Positions 16,847 through 27,109 of a stretch of DNA of 64,000 nucleotides are shown one piece after another (positions within the stretch are counted from its first letter, which is position 1; every line of letters begins with the position of its first letter). The stretch comes from a virus. Lineage: Duplodnaviria; Caudoviricetes. Below the pieces are notes generated by a model. The model was not told the origin of the DNA. It made no database searches and saw only the letters and a list, made by a program, of their open reading frames with translations. Where the stretch lies: positions 23,786 through 87,785 of IMG/VR virus record IMGVR_UViG_3300020457_000007; one strand, given 5' to 3'. Both the position numbers and the translations under genes were made by a program.

Positions 16847-18391
16847 CTAGGCAGTAATGAGGTCTCTGAAATACTTGATAGTATTCGTAGCGTATACAGG
16901 AGTGAAGATAATTTCAATATTCGCTCCATTGTACTGAGCAGTGATGGTACCTAGACCACCTTGTGCAATACCACCTGAAGTTACAGTTGCATATTCCTCA
17001 ACGTATATGTCAGTTCCATCGTGAAGGATGAGAACTTCTTTTACCTGAGTATATGCACCAGATGTGCACTGGACAACATACTTACCACTACTGTAAGTAG
17101 CAGAAGTAAATGAATCAATAACTGCTGCTGTGATAGAAGCAGTAGTAGCTGTACCAGCATCAGATCCGTGTATGTCCTTAACTGTAATTAAGGATCCACC
17201 AGCAGTATCATCATAACGAACTTTTTCGTTTCCACCTAAGCACATTCCCATTTGGTCAGGGCCTGGACGGTAGAAACCATTGTCCTGATCCTGATAGAAA
17301 CTAATACCTGGAATAGCCTCTGTACCGTCGCCAGCACCAGTGAAACCAGACAGGTTAGTTAATCCATTACCATCTCCAATGAATGCTGTAGCACCTACAG
17401 TACCATTGACTTGCATTATCTGAGCAAGAGCGTTGTTTGGATCTTGTCCAATACCGATCTTGTTGTTGGTAGGATCTAACTTGAACAATGCAACGTTAGA
17501 ACCTGTTGGTTCCATTGTTACGACTGCACCGTCAAACTTGACATATGAGTTAGCACCCGATACATCAACTTCAACTGCATCAATATTAGACTGTAGTGTA
17601 CCTAATGTATAGGTAACATCACCAACAGTACTACCAGTAAAACTACCAGTACCTATTGCAAACTTATCTTCTGACTCGTCAAATCCAATAAAAGCATTAT
17701 CTTCAGAACCACGTTCAATAACTAAACCAGAGTCACCAGTTGGTGCTCCTACAATACCATTTCCAAGTTCAATTAATTTATCACCAATTACAGTGTTAGT
17801 TGTGGTGATTGTTGAAGTACCACCTAGTACAGTCAACTCACCATTGATTATTACATTATTCGCAACTTCTAAATCTTGTGTTGGTGTTCCAACTCCGATA
17901 CCGACTTTACCTTCTCCTGTAACAACTAGTGCATCAGATAGTGTATTAAGTCCACTACCAGTGACTCCTCCAGCAGGTGATGTCTTAATACGTAAATATC
18001 CACCTGAAGCAGAACCAGTAGATGCTCCACCAGCAATGATTAAGTCAGATCCAGAAACGTCTGTACCACTAGCATCATCTCTACCAACCTTACCAGTAAC
18101 AGATAGTGTGGTAGCTACAGATGCTGCATTGAAATTAAAAGTACTTGTTCCATCTATCTTAGATGGTGTGATTGCACCGTCTTGAATAACAGCAGTTCCA
18201 ACAGCTTCCAGTCCACCAGTAGAACTTAGTTTCTGAGTAGTAATGCTGTTGTCAGCTAGTTTTAACGTAGTTATTGCACCATTTCTGATAGTAGAAGTAG
18301 TGACCGCCTGGGTACCAACTCCGCTATCTAGCTTTGAGTCACTAACCAGCCCATCGTTCAAACCAGTTCTTCTGATTCTTGTTAGAGCCAT
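16847..18391 (-). CDS. Tail fibre-like structural protein
   Basis: MALTRI start; GAITTLKLADNSITTQKL repeats; DSGLVIERG..NAFIGFDES.D.F; VGIG; C-terminal SGKYVVQ..EVLILHDGT domain. Confidence 0.8.
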   Translation of the reverse strand: MALTRIRRTGLNDGLVSDSKLDSGVGTQAVTTSTIRNGAITTLKLADNSITTQKLSSTGGLEAVGTAVIQDGAITPSKIDGTSTFNFNAASVATTLSVTGKVGRDDASGTDVSGSDLIIAGGASTGSASGGYLRIKTSPAGGVTGSGLNTLSDALVVTGEGKVGIGVGTPTQDLEVANNVIINGELTVLGGTSTITTTNTVIGDKLIELGNGIVGAPTGDSGLVIERGSEDNAFIGFDESEDKFAIGTGSFTGSTVGDVTYTLGTLQSNIDAVEVDVSGANSYVKFDGAVVTMEPTGSNVALFKLDPTNNKIGIGQDPNNALAQIMQVNGTVGATAFIGDGNGLTNLSGFTGAGDGTEAIPGISFYQDQDNGFYRPGPDQMGMCLGGNEKVRYDDTAGGSLITVKDIHGSDAGTATTASITAAVIDSFTSATYSSGKYVVQCTSGAYTQVKEVLILHDGTDIYVEEYATVTSGGIAQGGLGTITAQYNGANIEIIFTPVYATNTIKYFRDLITA

Positions 18392-18418
18392 TGCTTTAGT
18401 CGATTCCTATGTGAGTAT

Positions 18419-18622
18419 TTATAGTTTTGAAAGCACCTCTTTTAAAAGTGCTTTCATCTCATCTATTTCTTGCTTCAGATGAGTTAAATCCTCAGCATTC
18501 GTTGTAGATTGAAGAGCTAGTGCTCTTTGCCTCTTATACGCTTCAAAAGCATTCTTATCGGTATTGACTACAGCACCAGTCAGAGAATCTTTGTTTAGAT
18601 TTGGGTGACCTGTAACTTTCAT
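18419..18622 (-). CDS. Conserved T4-like phage hypothetical protein
   Basis: KV.GH.NL.KD..TGAVVN.D...Y pattern with C-terminal coiled coil. Confidence 0.75.
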   Translation of the reverse strand: MKVTGHPNLNKDSLTGAVVNTDKNAFEAYKRQRALALQSTTNAEDLTHLKQEIDEMKALLKEVLSKL

Positions 18623-18831
18623 CTATCCGCAAAATACCTTTCAATCACTTGAAGTCTCTCATCCCATTGTGCAATCATATTGATCTCAGTTTCCATAGCA
18701 CCCAAGATATCGGAATGCTCTCCAATACCAGCAGGGTTCTGTAAATATATTTCAACGTTAGCTTTGTGCTTCTCAATTTGACCTTGATAGTAAGCACGTA
18801 AAGCGTTAATAGTGTTTGATCTTGTAGACAT
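18619..18831 (-). CDS. Conserved T4-like phage hypothetical protein
   Basis: G.IEKHKANVEIYL.NP.GIGEHSDI pattern. Confidence 0.75.
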   Translation of the reverse strand: MSTRSNTINALRAYYQGQIEKHKANVEIYLQNPAGIGEHSDILGAMETEINMIAQWDERLQVIERYFADR

Positions 18832-18833
18832 AA

Positions 18834-21800
18834 TTAGAAAGTTGCAATTGCACGGAGATCTCGAATTCGAGGAGGTAGAGCAGGGTTTCTACTCTTCATT
18901 ATTATTTTAATAGCAAATGAACTAAATTCCTTCAATCCTGTTACAGAATAGTTATATTCTCTAAAGTCTGATTGAGACTCAGTAGTTGGAGAGAAATTAG
19001 TACCACTAGAAGGTGTGACCTCAACGTCTGGAACTCCAGTAGCATTGAAGTATTCCCAGTTGATATCCTTGAAGTATATCTGTTGAGATGACCTCTTAGT
19101 CTTGAACATCACAGTAACATCATCAATCTCTTGTAGTGCAGCATTCAATACAAGGTTAATACTATTACCAGGATTGTCGATTGAAATTTCCTTTGTAACA
19201 TATGTAGCTACGTTAGAGGAGTTTTTCAATCTGTCTGGTGTGTAAAGGTAACCATATGATGTGTAGATGTTCTTAATGCTGACGGGAACTTTAAAACTCT
19301 CGTTGATAATAGAAACACCACCTTCATATAGTCCATCAGATACAGCACCTGAACCAATTAGATCACTCTTATCAAAGGATGAATCATTTGATGTGAAGAT
19401 TAATCTATAGTTTTCTTGGTTCCAACGTGTTACAGCACCTGTCTTAAGATCGGCACTATTAGCAAGTTTGGTTCCTGGTACAACATTCAATTGTGCTAAA
19501 GGTAGCGTACCAGTAATCTTAATTGGTTTAACTAAGTTAAGATTACCTGAGGCAGCACCTGTAGTACCAGTGTCACCATTCAGGTCACCATTATAAGTAG
19601 AGGATCCACCAAACTCGATTTCTTCACCAAGAACAAATCCATCACCTTCGGTAACTCTTACATACAATTCACCAGGATTGCTAGAGTTATCCCAATAAGA
19701 TAAGATTGCTCTAGTACCTGAGGTTTTTCCTTTAATAGTCTGACCAATACCATTAGTAACTTCCAATGCAGCAGATGTTCCTAAAGTGCTAGGACTACCA
19801 GCACTATCCATCAAACGAAGAATTACTGTCTTATGTAATTCTACTTCTTGTATCTTTCTACCGTATCTGTCTTCATTACCAGAAGAAGCTTCAACACGGT
19901 TATTTGTTAATATAGCCTTAGGATTCTTTAGACTAATGATGGGTGAAAGATTAGCATTGTGAGTGCTAAGAGTTGCGGTAAGGACAAACGATTTTTGACT
20001 GTTAAGTCTACTACTGAATAATTTTTCATTAAGTTTAGATGCTACAACTCTTTGAGTTGGGAAATAGTACTCCTTGTTAAGAATAACAGGTAGAGGAGAA
20101 TCTGGAGTATAGTCAACAGTAGTTACAGCAGAATCGAGTGGTTTAACTAGAGTAGATGTAACTGTAGTATCCAACATAGTAGTTGGGAAATCTAGAGAAT
20201 CTACTTTAAGTAGTGCTTTTTCAAACTTGGTCTGACCTAATCCTTTAACGTTAAGGCCACCACCAATTACACTACCACCTGCTGTTGTGGACATCCCAAC
20301 AGTATAGAAATCAATACCAGCTGATAAGACTGAGAAGATTTGACGATTTAAAGCAGTAGCAGAGAATCCACCTACAGCTGCTGAATCTTTAAGAGCAACG
20401 AAGGAACCCGCATTTAGACCGTGATTTCTATGTAAGACTTTGATAACTTTATTGTTAGCAGCAAACAAATTACTGGTAGTGATATTAGCACCAAGAGAAT
20501 TTGTTTCAATAGGATTAGCTTGAAGTGGTTCATATCCCTGATCCTTATTGACTAAGTTGATGACACCACTCTGAGTAGTATCAAACTGTGCCATATAAAG
20601 ATCGAACTTCAAGTCCTCATACTGGTTCTCTGTCCAGAGGTTAGAGTTCTGGGACTTAAATAGAGATCCAAGTAAAGGTTGTGTGGTAACAGTAGAGTTA
20701 GAATTAATTTCAGTTTCACCCAATCTAGAGATAAATGTTTGATAGATTGTGCTGTTACTTTCTACAATTACAGCATACTCTCTATCATTCTCTAGGTAGA
20801 TAGGATATTGGAAATGGAACTTAGTAGGAATAAGTGCTTTATCAGATGTAGCAACACCCATTCTTACAGCAGGCTTAGTAATCTTAAGCACTGCCCTACC
20901 TTCTGCAAGTTGAGTTGCAGCAGCAGATACAATCAATACACTAGGTGCAGTAGTATACTCACTACCACCTAAAGTAGGTTGTATTTCATATACCTTCTGA
21001 TCAGTGATCTGTGGAACAGCAGTTGCAGTAATACCGCCAGGTAATTGAGGAGACTCAATTGTGACAGTTGTAGAACCTGCATATCCATCACCCATATCAT
21101 CAACAACAATCTCTGAAATGTATCCAGAGTCAAGAACGATTTGCATCTTAACGATGTCATCACCAGATCTTGAGTTGTTAGCAACAGTTAGAGAAGTGAT
21201 AACTAGTGGTTCACCAGCTATGAAATCTTCTTTGTTGTGATCTCCTAGGATCAAAGTATAAACTTGTGATGTACCTAAGGTATAAGTGTCATTGACTACA
21301 GGTACTGGTTGATTCTGAGAATCAAGTACACCAATCAACGGACCTTGAGCATTAGAAGTATCACCTTCAATAATCTCATCCTTAAGTAATGTATGACTAC
21401 CACTAGTAATGACTCTAATATAAGTATTAGATTCCATTACAGAAATAGAACCAGGAAGAATATTCTTAGTTGGTCTACCTGAGATAGTATCAGATAATTT
21501 AATAGTAACGGGTAGTGAAGGATCTTTTGCTGAGAAGTAAAGATCAACAGATGATACCATCACACCACCATCAAAACTCTCAACACGGAATGTCTGTGCT
21601 AGAGGGTCAGATACACTAACATCTGGATTTAAGATGTTCTCAGTATACTGAGTACCATCTACCTTATCAGCAGTATCAATATCTTCTAAAGCAATAATAT
21701 CATTTGGAAGTGGTTCATATGTACCACTAGCTTTAAAGGTTACAACAGCGTGTGATTCAGGACTTGCAGCATTAGTATTGCTACTAGTGAATTTAATCTT

Positions 21801-24800
21801 CTTATCACCTAATGGGAAACGCAATCCTTGAGCATTAGAATCCCATTGTATTGAATCTAGATCATCTTCATATTGTGTTCCTTTAGTTGGCTTTCTACCT
21901 GAAGGTATTAGAATAACACCAGTAGCTGCACCAGTATCATCAGTAACTAGAGTATCACCCCAGTTTCTAAGAGATGAACCAGGCATTCCTGAATAGTTAC
22001 GATCTGGTACTAGGTAATCGGAAACATCTAATCCATCGATGAAAGGATAAATCCTAGTATTAGGTTTCATCCTACGTAGATGGAATTGAATATATTGTTC
22101 GGCAACGTATAATGTAATAGCGGTACTGATTGTTTGCTCACCAACAGTAGTTGAAGACTGTTGAAGTGGAACCTCAGTATTCTGTGCAGCAATGTTAGAA
22201 CTACTAGATGTTGTAGCCAGTACAACTTCAGATTCTGGTAGATCAGGTGCATCTGAACTTAGAGAATTAACATTACTAAATTCTGTGCTACTACCTGTAA
22301 CTGCTAATTGAGTTACATTGTGTATTTGAGATAATGCACTATTTCCATCCTCATAGATTTCTAATGGATCTAGAGTTTGGTTGTCATTGTTATTGATAGA
22401 TGGTAAAGCATACTCATCAAACCAAGGATCAACGTTTGGAGTGATCTCTACGGTTCCCTTATAGTTGAATATAAGGAATGGGTTAACAACAGTTGTATTT
22501 GTAGCAAAGATGTTCTGACAGAGAATAGATTCTGTAAATGGAAGAGTTACTACACCGTGATTAACAACATAGTTGGAAAGAGTACGTGCTGTAGATGAAG
22601 CATCTTTTTCTACTAGAGATACAGTAGTTTCATTTGATTCTGGACGTAAAGTACCACGTGTTAGATCTAGTGCTGCTTTATAGTCAACAGAATTAATATG
22701 AGATAATGTATAACTTTCAAAATTATCTACGACAAATCCAGACTTGAATCTATCCATTCCAGTCTGACCGTCTTTAATTTGTGTGTTTAGAGCACCTTGC
22801 TCTAGAACAGATAGCATTGTATAACGCTCAAGACGTTCAACTTTCTTTTCGAGTTTATGGATATCACGCATTGTGAATCTCTTATTCTCTACTGGGAAGA
22901 TCTTGATCTTCTTAAGGTTGTTTGTAAATGCAGGTATGTAAATCTTAAAGACTTTAATAGCCTCATCTAGACTTACTGAAGATTGTGGGTTTGTAGAACC
23001 AGCACCTTTCTTAACTGAGAAAGTACCATCTTTCTTTAGATAGACAGTATCGATGCGATCAACATAATAAGAATAAGCACAACTAAAGGTAAAAGGTGTT
23101 CCAATGCTAGTTTTAGTGTCAGCAGGAAGAGCAGCACTAACACCACCTTGCGTATAAATTTCAGAAACATTTGATCCAGGATCCATTACAGAAGCGTTCA
23201 CATAGCCAGGAATACTAGCTGAGGTTCCGACCAAAGGACGGAAATCAATAACATCAGCAAGACTCTTCTTACCGTGTACTAGAGATGTGACTTGTGGAAT
23301 GTCATCATATATTACACCATTTTCGTGTAGATATGAATCAACTGTAAAGAAGTCTCCTTCGGAGTGTTTGAAGTAATCGAAACCAATTACTAATGTACCA
23401 GTTGGGATTCTGACTCCAGGCTTTCTAATAAGTGTTGATGTGTCATATAGGTTATCCCTTTGACCATCATCAAATAAGAAGAAGTCTGTAATATCTGTAC
23501 CAGTGTTACCTAGAATGTTTCCATTTTCATCAACTGTAGGTGCAATTCCAGGAGTACCCTCATACACATATAGTAGCCTAAAAACGTCAGAGTAAGATTT
23601 AACTTGACCAGTTGGGTTATCATAATCATCACCTCTTATTGGAATAATATCATTATCTAAGTCAGCAGTAATAGAAATTCTCTTACCCTTAGCTGCTGTC
23701 TTTAATTTTGGTTTTGCTTTGGTAGTTTCAATAGTAGTATTGATCTTCAATCTCATACCAGTGAGTTGTAGTCCACCAGATTGCCAGAAATAGTTCTCAG
23801 GAAGTGTAACTGACAATGCACCAGCATTGTTAGAAGATGATCCAGAGGTAACTTCAACCATACTTGAATCTAAGTATAGCAAGTCACCATCTCTTACTAG
23901 ATCACCACTACTATTATTATATCTTACAGTATCAGTACCAGCATTGTATACCTCAATGACATAATCACCTTGGCTAAATGGTACGAACTGCTGCTGACCA
24001 TAATCTAGCTGTGCAGCAATACTAACAGTATTATTTGAACCGTCAATAGTTACGTTCTCAATAAATTGTCTTCTAGAGTAGTATGTAATACCACTATCAT
24101 CATCAGAAGCAACAACTGAGGAAATCTTAGAGTTAGCTAGTGGTAATATAAGTGTTGACTTACCAGAGTTTTCGATCTTTGCTCTAACACGAGTGATAGT
24201 ATTAGATGGGAAACCTGCTATAAGACGTTGTTTGAAATATACTCTGCCTGGTCTATCAGTTGATGGGTTACAAGCTCTAGCAACTTCATACTTATAAGTA
24301 ACACCATCTACAGTGATTTGTACAAGATCATCTTCTGATAACTCATCACCAGGACGTGCTGCATAGTTTGTTGCCTCAGCATAATCAGTATCTGCCTTAC
24401 CAGAATAACCTAAACTATTGGTAATAGTTTTTAGTTCTGTAGAATCTGGTTCACTATACTGAATATCACCAGTAAACTTCTTACTGGTCACACCGTGAAG
24501 CATACCAACAGAACGAATATCTTCTATACCAAAGTTCTGAATAGTATCTGTATAGAGAACAGCTCTAACATATGCATTCTCATCACCAGCACTATGTGTT
24601 CCACCAGTGTCTACAACTTCTAGTTGAGGAGGAACATCAAATGTATCAAGTATCTCTCTTCTTCCTAATTCTGTCAATCTAACATTACGGATGTAATCAG
24701 ATTGTCCATTAATACCATTAGAACCAATATTTCTAACACAAACAATGTAGTTACTTAGATATTGTCTGTCACCAACTTTTAATTCTAGGTTAGCATCAGC

Positions 24801-27092
24801 ACCATAGTTCTCTCCACCATAAGGAACTACAAAATGACTAATACGTCCATTGACTGCAATAACAGCAGACTTCTCACTATTATCAGCATCATATATTTCT
24901 TCTCCTTCTACAAATGCACCAACAACATTTGATAGCATAAGACTACTACCAGCAGATAAAGTTGCATTCTCAGGGTCATTCTGTCCAACAGATAAACCAC
25001 CTTCAACTACAGCAGTTGTACCACTGATAGAACCAATGATGTTACCACCAGTTTCAAAAGCGTGATTTCCTGTTAATTTAAGTTTCGTGAATAGGATTGG
25101 GTTTGTATATGACAAATCAAAAGTACAATCCTGTGCACTTGAAGATGCTATAACATTAGCAGTCTTATCAAATCCATTAGGTGCTTTTCTAAACTTAAAG
25201 TCTCTAGCTATAGCACGACCAATAATAGGTGTCATTGGTACTGTATAGTCTAGGATCATTCCATAGTATGTACTACCACTGTTATTACCATATAGTGTAA
25301 TACCATTCTGTGAACCACCACCAGAAGCACCTAGTTTAACTGGTCCTTGTGATTGGTAAGAAGTGTGGATACTATTTAATGTTGAAATAGACGCTCTAAG
25401 AATAAACTCTTGAATAACGTGAGTAGGATTACCACCACTATTCTCATTCATTCCACCAACAGCTACATCACCATTCCAAGCAAGTGATCCATCAGTATCC
25501 ATATTGTACTTGACGTTAGCACGTGCAGCTATAACATCAACTGGAGAATATGTTGAACCATTATAATGATATAGAGTCTTCTTAACACCAGTAGATAATG
25601 CTCCATAAACAATATCAGTTATACTAGCAAGATCAACTGGATCACCATTAGAAGGAGGTGCACCTGGATATACCCAGACAGTCATCAATCCTTCATCGTT
25701 ATTATAGATATTTCCCCTTAGGTCTGATACAGAATATACACCATTAGAACCATTACCGATACCATTAACACCTAAGAAAGAGTCAATAAATTTACGATAT
25801 AGATCTATTTTCTTAAAGGGAGTTGCCTCACCATCAGAAGTAGTGCTTAGAGGAGCAGAACCTGCAACTCCACGAAGAGGAATACGAGATAAACTTGACG
25901 CATACAAACGAGTTGTATCACGATTCTGTGTTGCCTTTGCCTTATCTAATTCTACGTACTTAGGTTCTGTGTTCTCTACTTCATAACCACGAATATATGC
26001 CTTACCTGGTCCTAAGTTTAATACTAGTTTGTTAGCAGCATCAGCAGTAGTATGCCCATTAACTAGACCATCAGCATCTGGTTGATAGAATCCACTACCA
26101 TCTGCTTTGTAATATTCTTTAACATCTGATGTGAATGCCTTAACTACGTAGTCTCCAGACTCATCATATGTTCTTCTAGCTAGTATCTCTTCTATTTGAC
26201 TAGGTGCAGTTTGTTTAATCTGCCTCTGAATCTTACCTTGCTGTAGATATACTAACTGTACAAAATTCTTATTTGAAGGTTCTTCAATTTGAAACTTCTC
26301 TAGAGTTAAAGTGATCTTTAATCTATGTGCACCTGGTGCAGAGAAATTAGAATAACCCTGTGCATTATCCTTGAGGGATATATCATCCTCAGGAGTAATG
26401 ATACTTTCTGTAATAGACCAACCAACTTTAAATGAGGTGTTAGTTGAATACTTCGATAGAACTAGCGTCTGAGCGTCGTTCTGAACGAAATGACCATTGA
26501 TAAAGTAAATACCTCTTTGGACGTTTACAGCAGATCCATAACCCATTGCAGCACTGTCTGAGGGTTTGATGCCATCAGAACCTACTACCAACGTAGGATC
26601 ATCATCTGTAGTTGGATTCTCTAGCTTAAGAGATTCACCTTGACGGAATTTAACATCAATATTATCAGAACCTGAACTGATATACTTAACAAATATAGTA
26701 TCTGCATCTAGTGTAGTTTCAAAAGCATAGTTATCAACAAATGCCTTAACACCAGAAGTCTGACCGACAAGTACCTTGCCGACCAGTTGGGATATATTAT
26801 ACTTAACAAAATTAATTTGCCCATCTACACTTTGAGCAACTTGAGAGACGCTACTTAACTTGACATATTCATAAGTGTCTGTGTATGACACTTCACCAGG
26901 GATCACCATCTGACCCTGTTTGAACATACTGTTACCAACCGACTCCAATTGGTTCTGCAACATAGATTGCAGTTGAGTCAGTTCTCTTGCTTGGATAGAA
27001 TATCCTGGACGGAAAAGTATCCTGTAGAAATTCTTCCCCGCATCAAAGTCGTCGAAATACGGGGTTCTATTCAGGTTAGTATTTTGTGGCAT
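18834..27092 (-). CDS. Large virion/baseplate structural protein, VrlC/DUF4815-like (2752 aa)
   Basis: MPQNTNLN.TPYFDDFD..KNFYRILFRPG..IQARELTQLQS.LQNQ, APGAHRLKI, LARRT.DESGDY, RFKSGF.VDNF, DPLAQTF, GSLFKSQN..W. Confidence 0.88.
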   Translation of the reverse strand: MPQNTNLNRTPYFDDFDAGKNFYRILFRPGYSIQARELTQLQSMLQNQLESVGNSMFKQGQMVIPGEVSYTDTYEYVKLSSVSQVAQSVDGQINFVKYNISQLVGKVLVGQTSGVKAFVDNYAFETTLDADTIFVKYISSGSDNIDVKFRQGESLKLENPTTDDDPTLVVGSDGIKPSDSAAMGYGSAVNVQRGIYFINGHFVQNDAQTLVLSKYSTNTSFKVGWSITESIITPEDDISLKDNAQGYSNFSAPGAHRLKITLTLEKFQIEEPSNKNFVQLVYLQQGKIQRQIKQTAPSQIEEILARRTYDESGDYVVKAFTSDVKEYYKADGSGFYQPDADGLVNGHTTADAANKLVLNLGPGKAYIRGYEVENTEPKYVELDKAKATQNRDTTRLYASSLSRIPLRGVAGSAPLSTTSDGEATPFKKIDLYRKFIDSFLGVNGIGNGSNGVYSVSDLRGNIYNNDEGLMTVWVYPGAPPSNGDPVDLASITDIVYGALSTGVKKTLYHYNGSTYSPVDVIAARANVKYNMDTDGSLAWNGDVAVGGMNENSGGNPTHVIQEFILRASISTLNSIHTSYQSQGPVKLGASGGGSQNGITLYGNNSGSTYYGMILDYTVPMTPIIGRAIARDFKFRKAPNGFDKTANVIASSSAQDCTFDLSYTNPILFTKLKLTGNHAFETGGNIIGSISGTTAVVEGGLSVGQNDPENATLSAGSSLMLSNVVGAFVEGEEIYDADNSEKSAVIAVNGRISHFVVPYGGENYGADANLELKVGDRQYLSNYIVCVRNIGSNGINGQSDYIRNVRLTELGRREILDTFDVPPQLEVVDTGGTHSAGDENAYVRAVLYTDTIQNFGIEDIRSVGMLHGVTSKKFTGDIQYSEPDSTELKTITNSLGYSGKADTDYAEATNYAARPGDELSEDDLVQITVDGVTYKYEVARACNPSTDRPGRVYFKQRLIAGFPSNTITRVRAKIENSGKSTLILPLANSKISSVVASDDDSGITYYSRRQFIENVTIDGSNNTVSIAAQLDYGQQQFVPFSQGDYVIEVYNAGTDTVRYNNSSGDLVRDGDLLYLDSSMVEVTSGSSSNNAGALSVTLPENYFWQSGGLQLTGMRLKINTTIETTKAKPKLKTAAKGKRISITADLDNDIIPIRGDDYDNPTGQVKSYSDVFRLLYVYEGTPGIAPTVDENGNILGNTGTDITDFFLFDDGQRDNLYDTSTLIRKPGVRIPTGTLVIGFDYFKHSEGDFFTVDSYLHENGVIYDDIPQVTSLVHGKKSLADVIDFRPLVGTSASIPGYVNASVMDPGSNVSEIYTQGGVSAALPADTKTSIGTPFTFSCAYSYYVDRIDTVYLKKDGTFSVKKGAGSTNPQSSVSLDEAIKVFKIYIPAFTNNLKKIKIFPVENKRFTMRDIHKLEKKVERLERYTMLSVLEQGALNTQIKDGQTGMDRFKSGFVVDNFESYTLSHINSVDYKAALDLTRGTLRPESNETTVSLVEKDASSTARTLSNYVVNHGVVTLPFTESILCQNIFATNTTVVNPFLIFNYKGTVEITPNVDPWFDEYALPSINNNDNQTLDPLEIYEDGNSALSQIHNVTQLAVTGSSTEFSNVNSLSSDAPDLPESEVVLATTSSSSNIAAQNTEVPLQQSSTTVGEQTISTAITLYVAEQYIQFHLRRMKPNTRIYPFIDGLDVSDYLVPDRNYSGMPGSSLRNWGDTLVTDDTGAATGVILIPSGRKPTKGTQYEDDLDSIQWDSNAQGLRFPLGDKKIKFTSSNTNAASPESHAVVTFKASGTYEPLPNDIIALEDIDTADKVDGTQYTENILNPDVSVSDPLAQTFRVESFDGGVMVSSVDLYFSAKDPSLPVTIKLSDTISGRPTKNILPGSISVMESNTYIRVITSGSHTLLKDEIIEGDTSNAQGPLIGVLDSQNQPVPVVNDTYTLGTSQVYTLILGDHNKEDFIAGEPLVITSLTVANNSRSGDDIVKMQIVLDSGYISEIVVDDMGDGYAGSTTVTIESPQLPGGITATAVPQITDQKVYEIQPTLGGSEYTTAPSVLIVSAAATQLAEGRAVLKITKPAVRMGVATSDKALIPTKFHFQYPIYLENDREYAVIVESNSTIYQTFISRLGETEINSNSTVTTQPLLGSLFKSQNSNLWTENQYEDLKFDLYMAQFDTTQSGVINLVNKDQGYEPLQANPIETNSLGANITTSNLFAANNKVIKVLHRNHGLNAGSFVALKDSAAVGGFSATALNRQIFSVLSAGIDFYTVGMSTTAGGSVIGGGLNVKGLGQTKFEKALLKVDSLDFPTTMLDTTVTSTLVKPLDSAVTTVDYTPDSPLPVILNKEYYFPTQRVVASKLNEKLFSSRLNSQKSFVLTATLSTHNANLSPIISLKNPKAILTNNRVEASSGNEDRYGRKIQEVELHKTVILRLMDSAGSPSTLGTSAALEVTNGIGQTIKGKTSGTRAILSYWDNSSNPGELYVRVTEGDGFVLGEEIEFGGSSTYNGDLNGDTGTTGAASGNLNLVKPIKITGTLPLAQLNVVPGTKLANSADLKTGAVTRWNQENYRLIFTSNDSSFDKSDLIGSGAVSDGLYEGGVSIINESFKVPVSIKNIYTSYGYLYTPDRLKNSSNVATYVTKEISIDNPGNSINLVLNAALQEIDDVTVMFKTKRSSQQIYFKDINWEYFNATGVPDVEVTPSSGTNFSPTTESQSDFREYNYSVTGLKEFSSFAIKIIMKSRNPALPPRIRDLRAIATF

Positions 27093-27109
27093 CTCTTAAG
27101 ACTCTTTAA

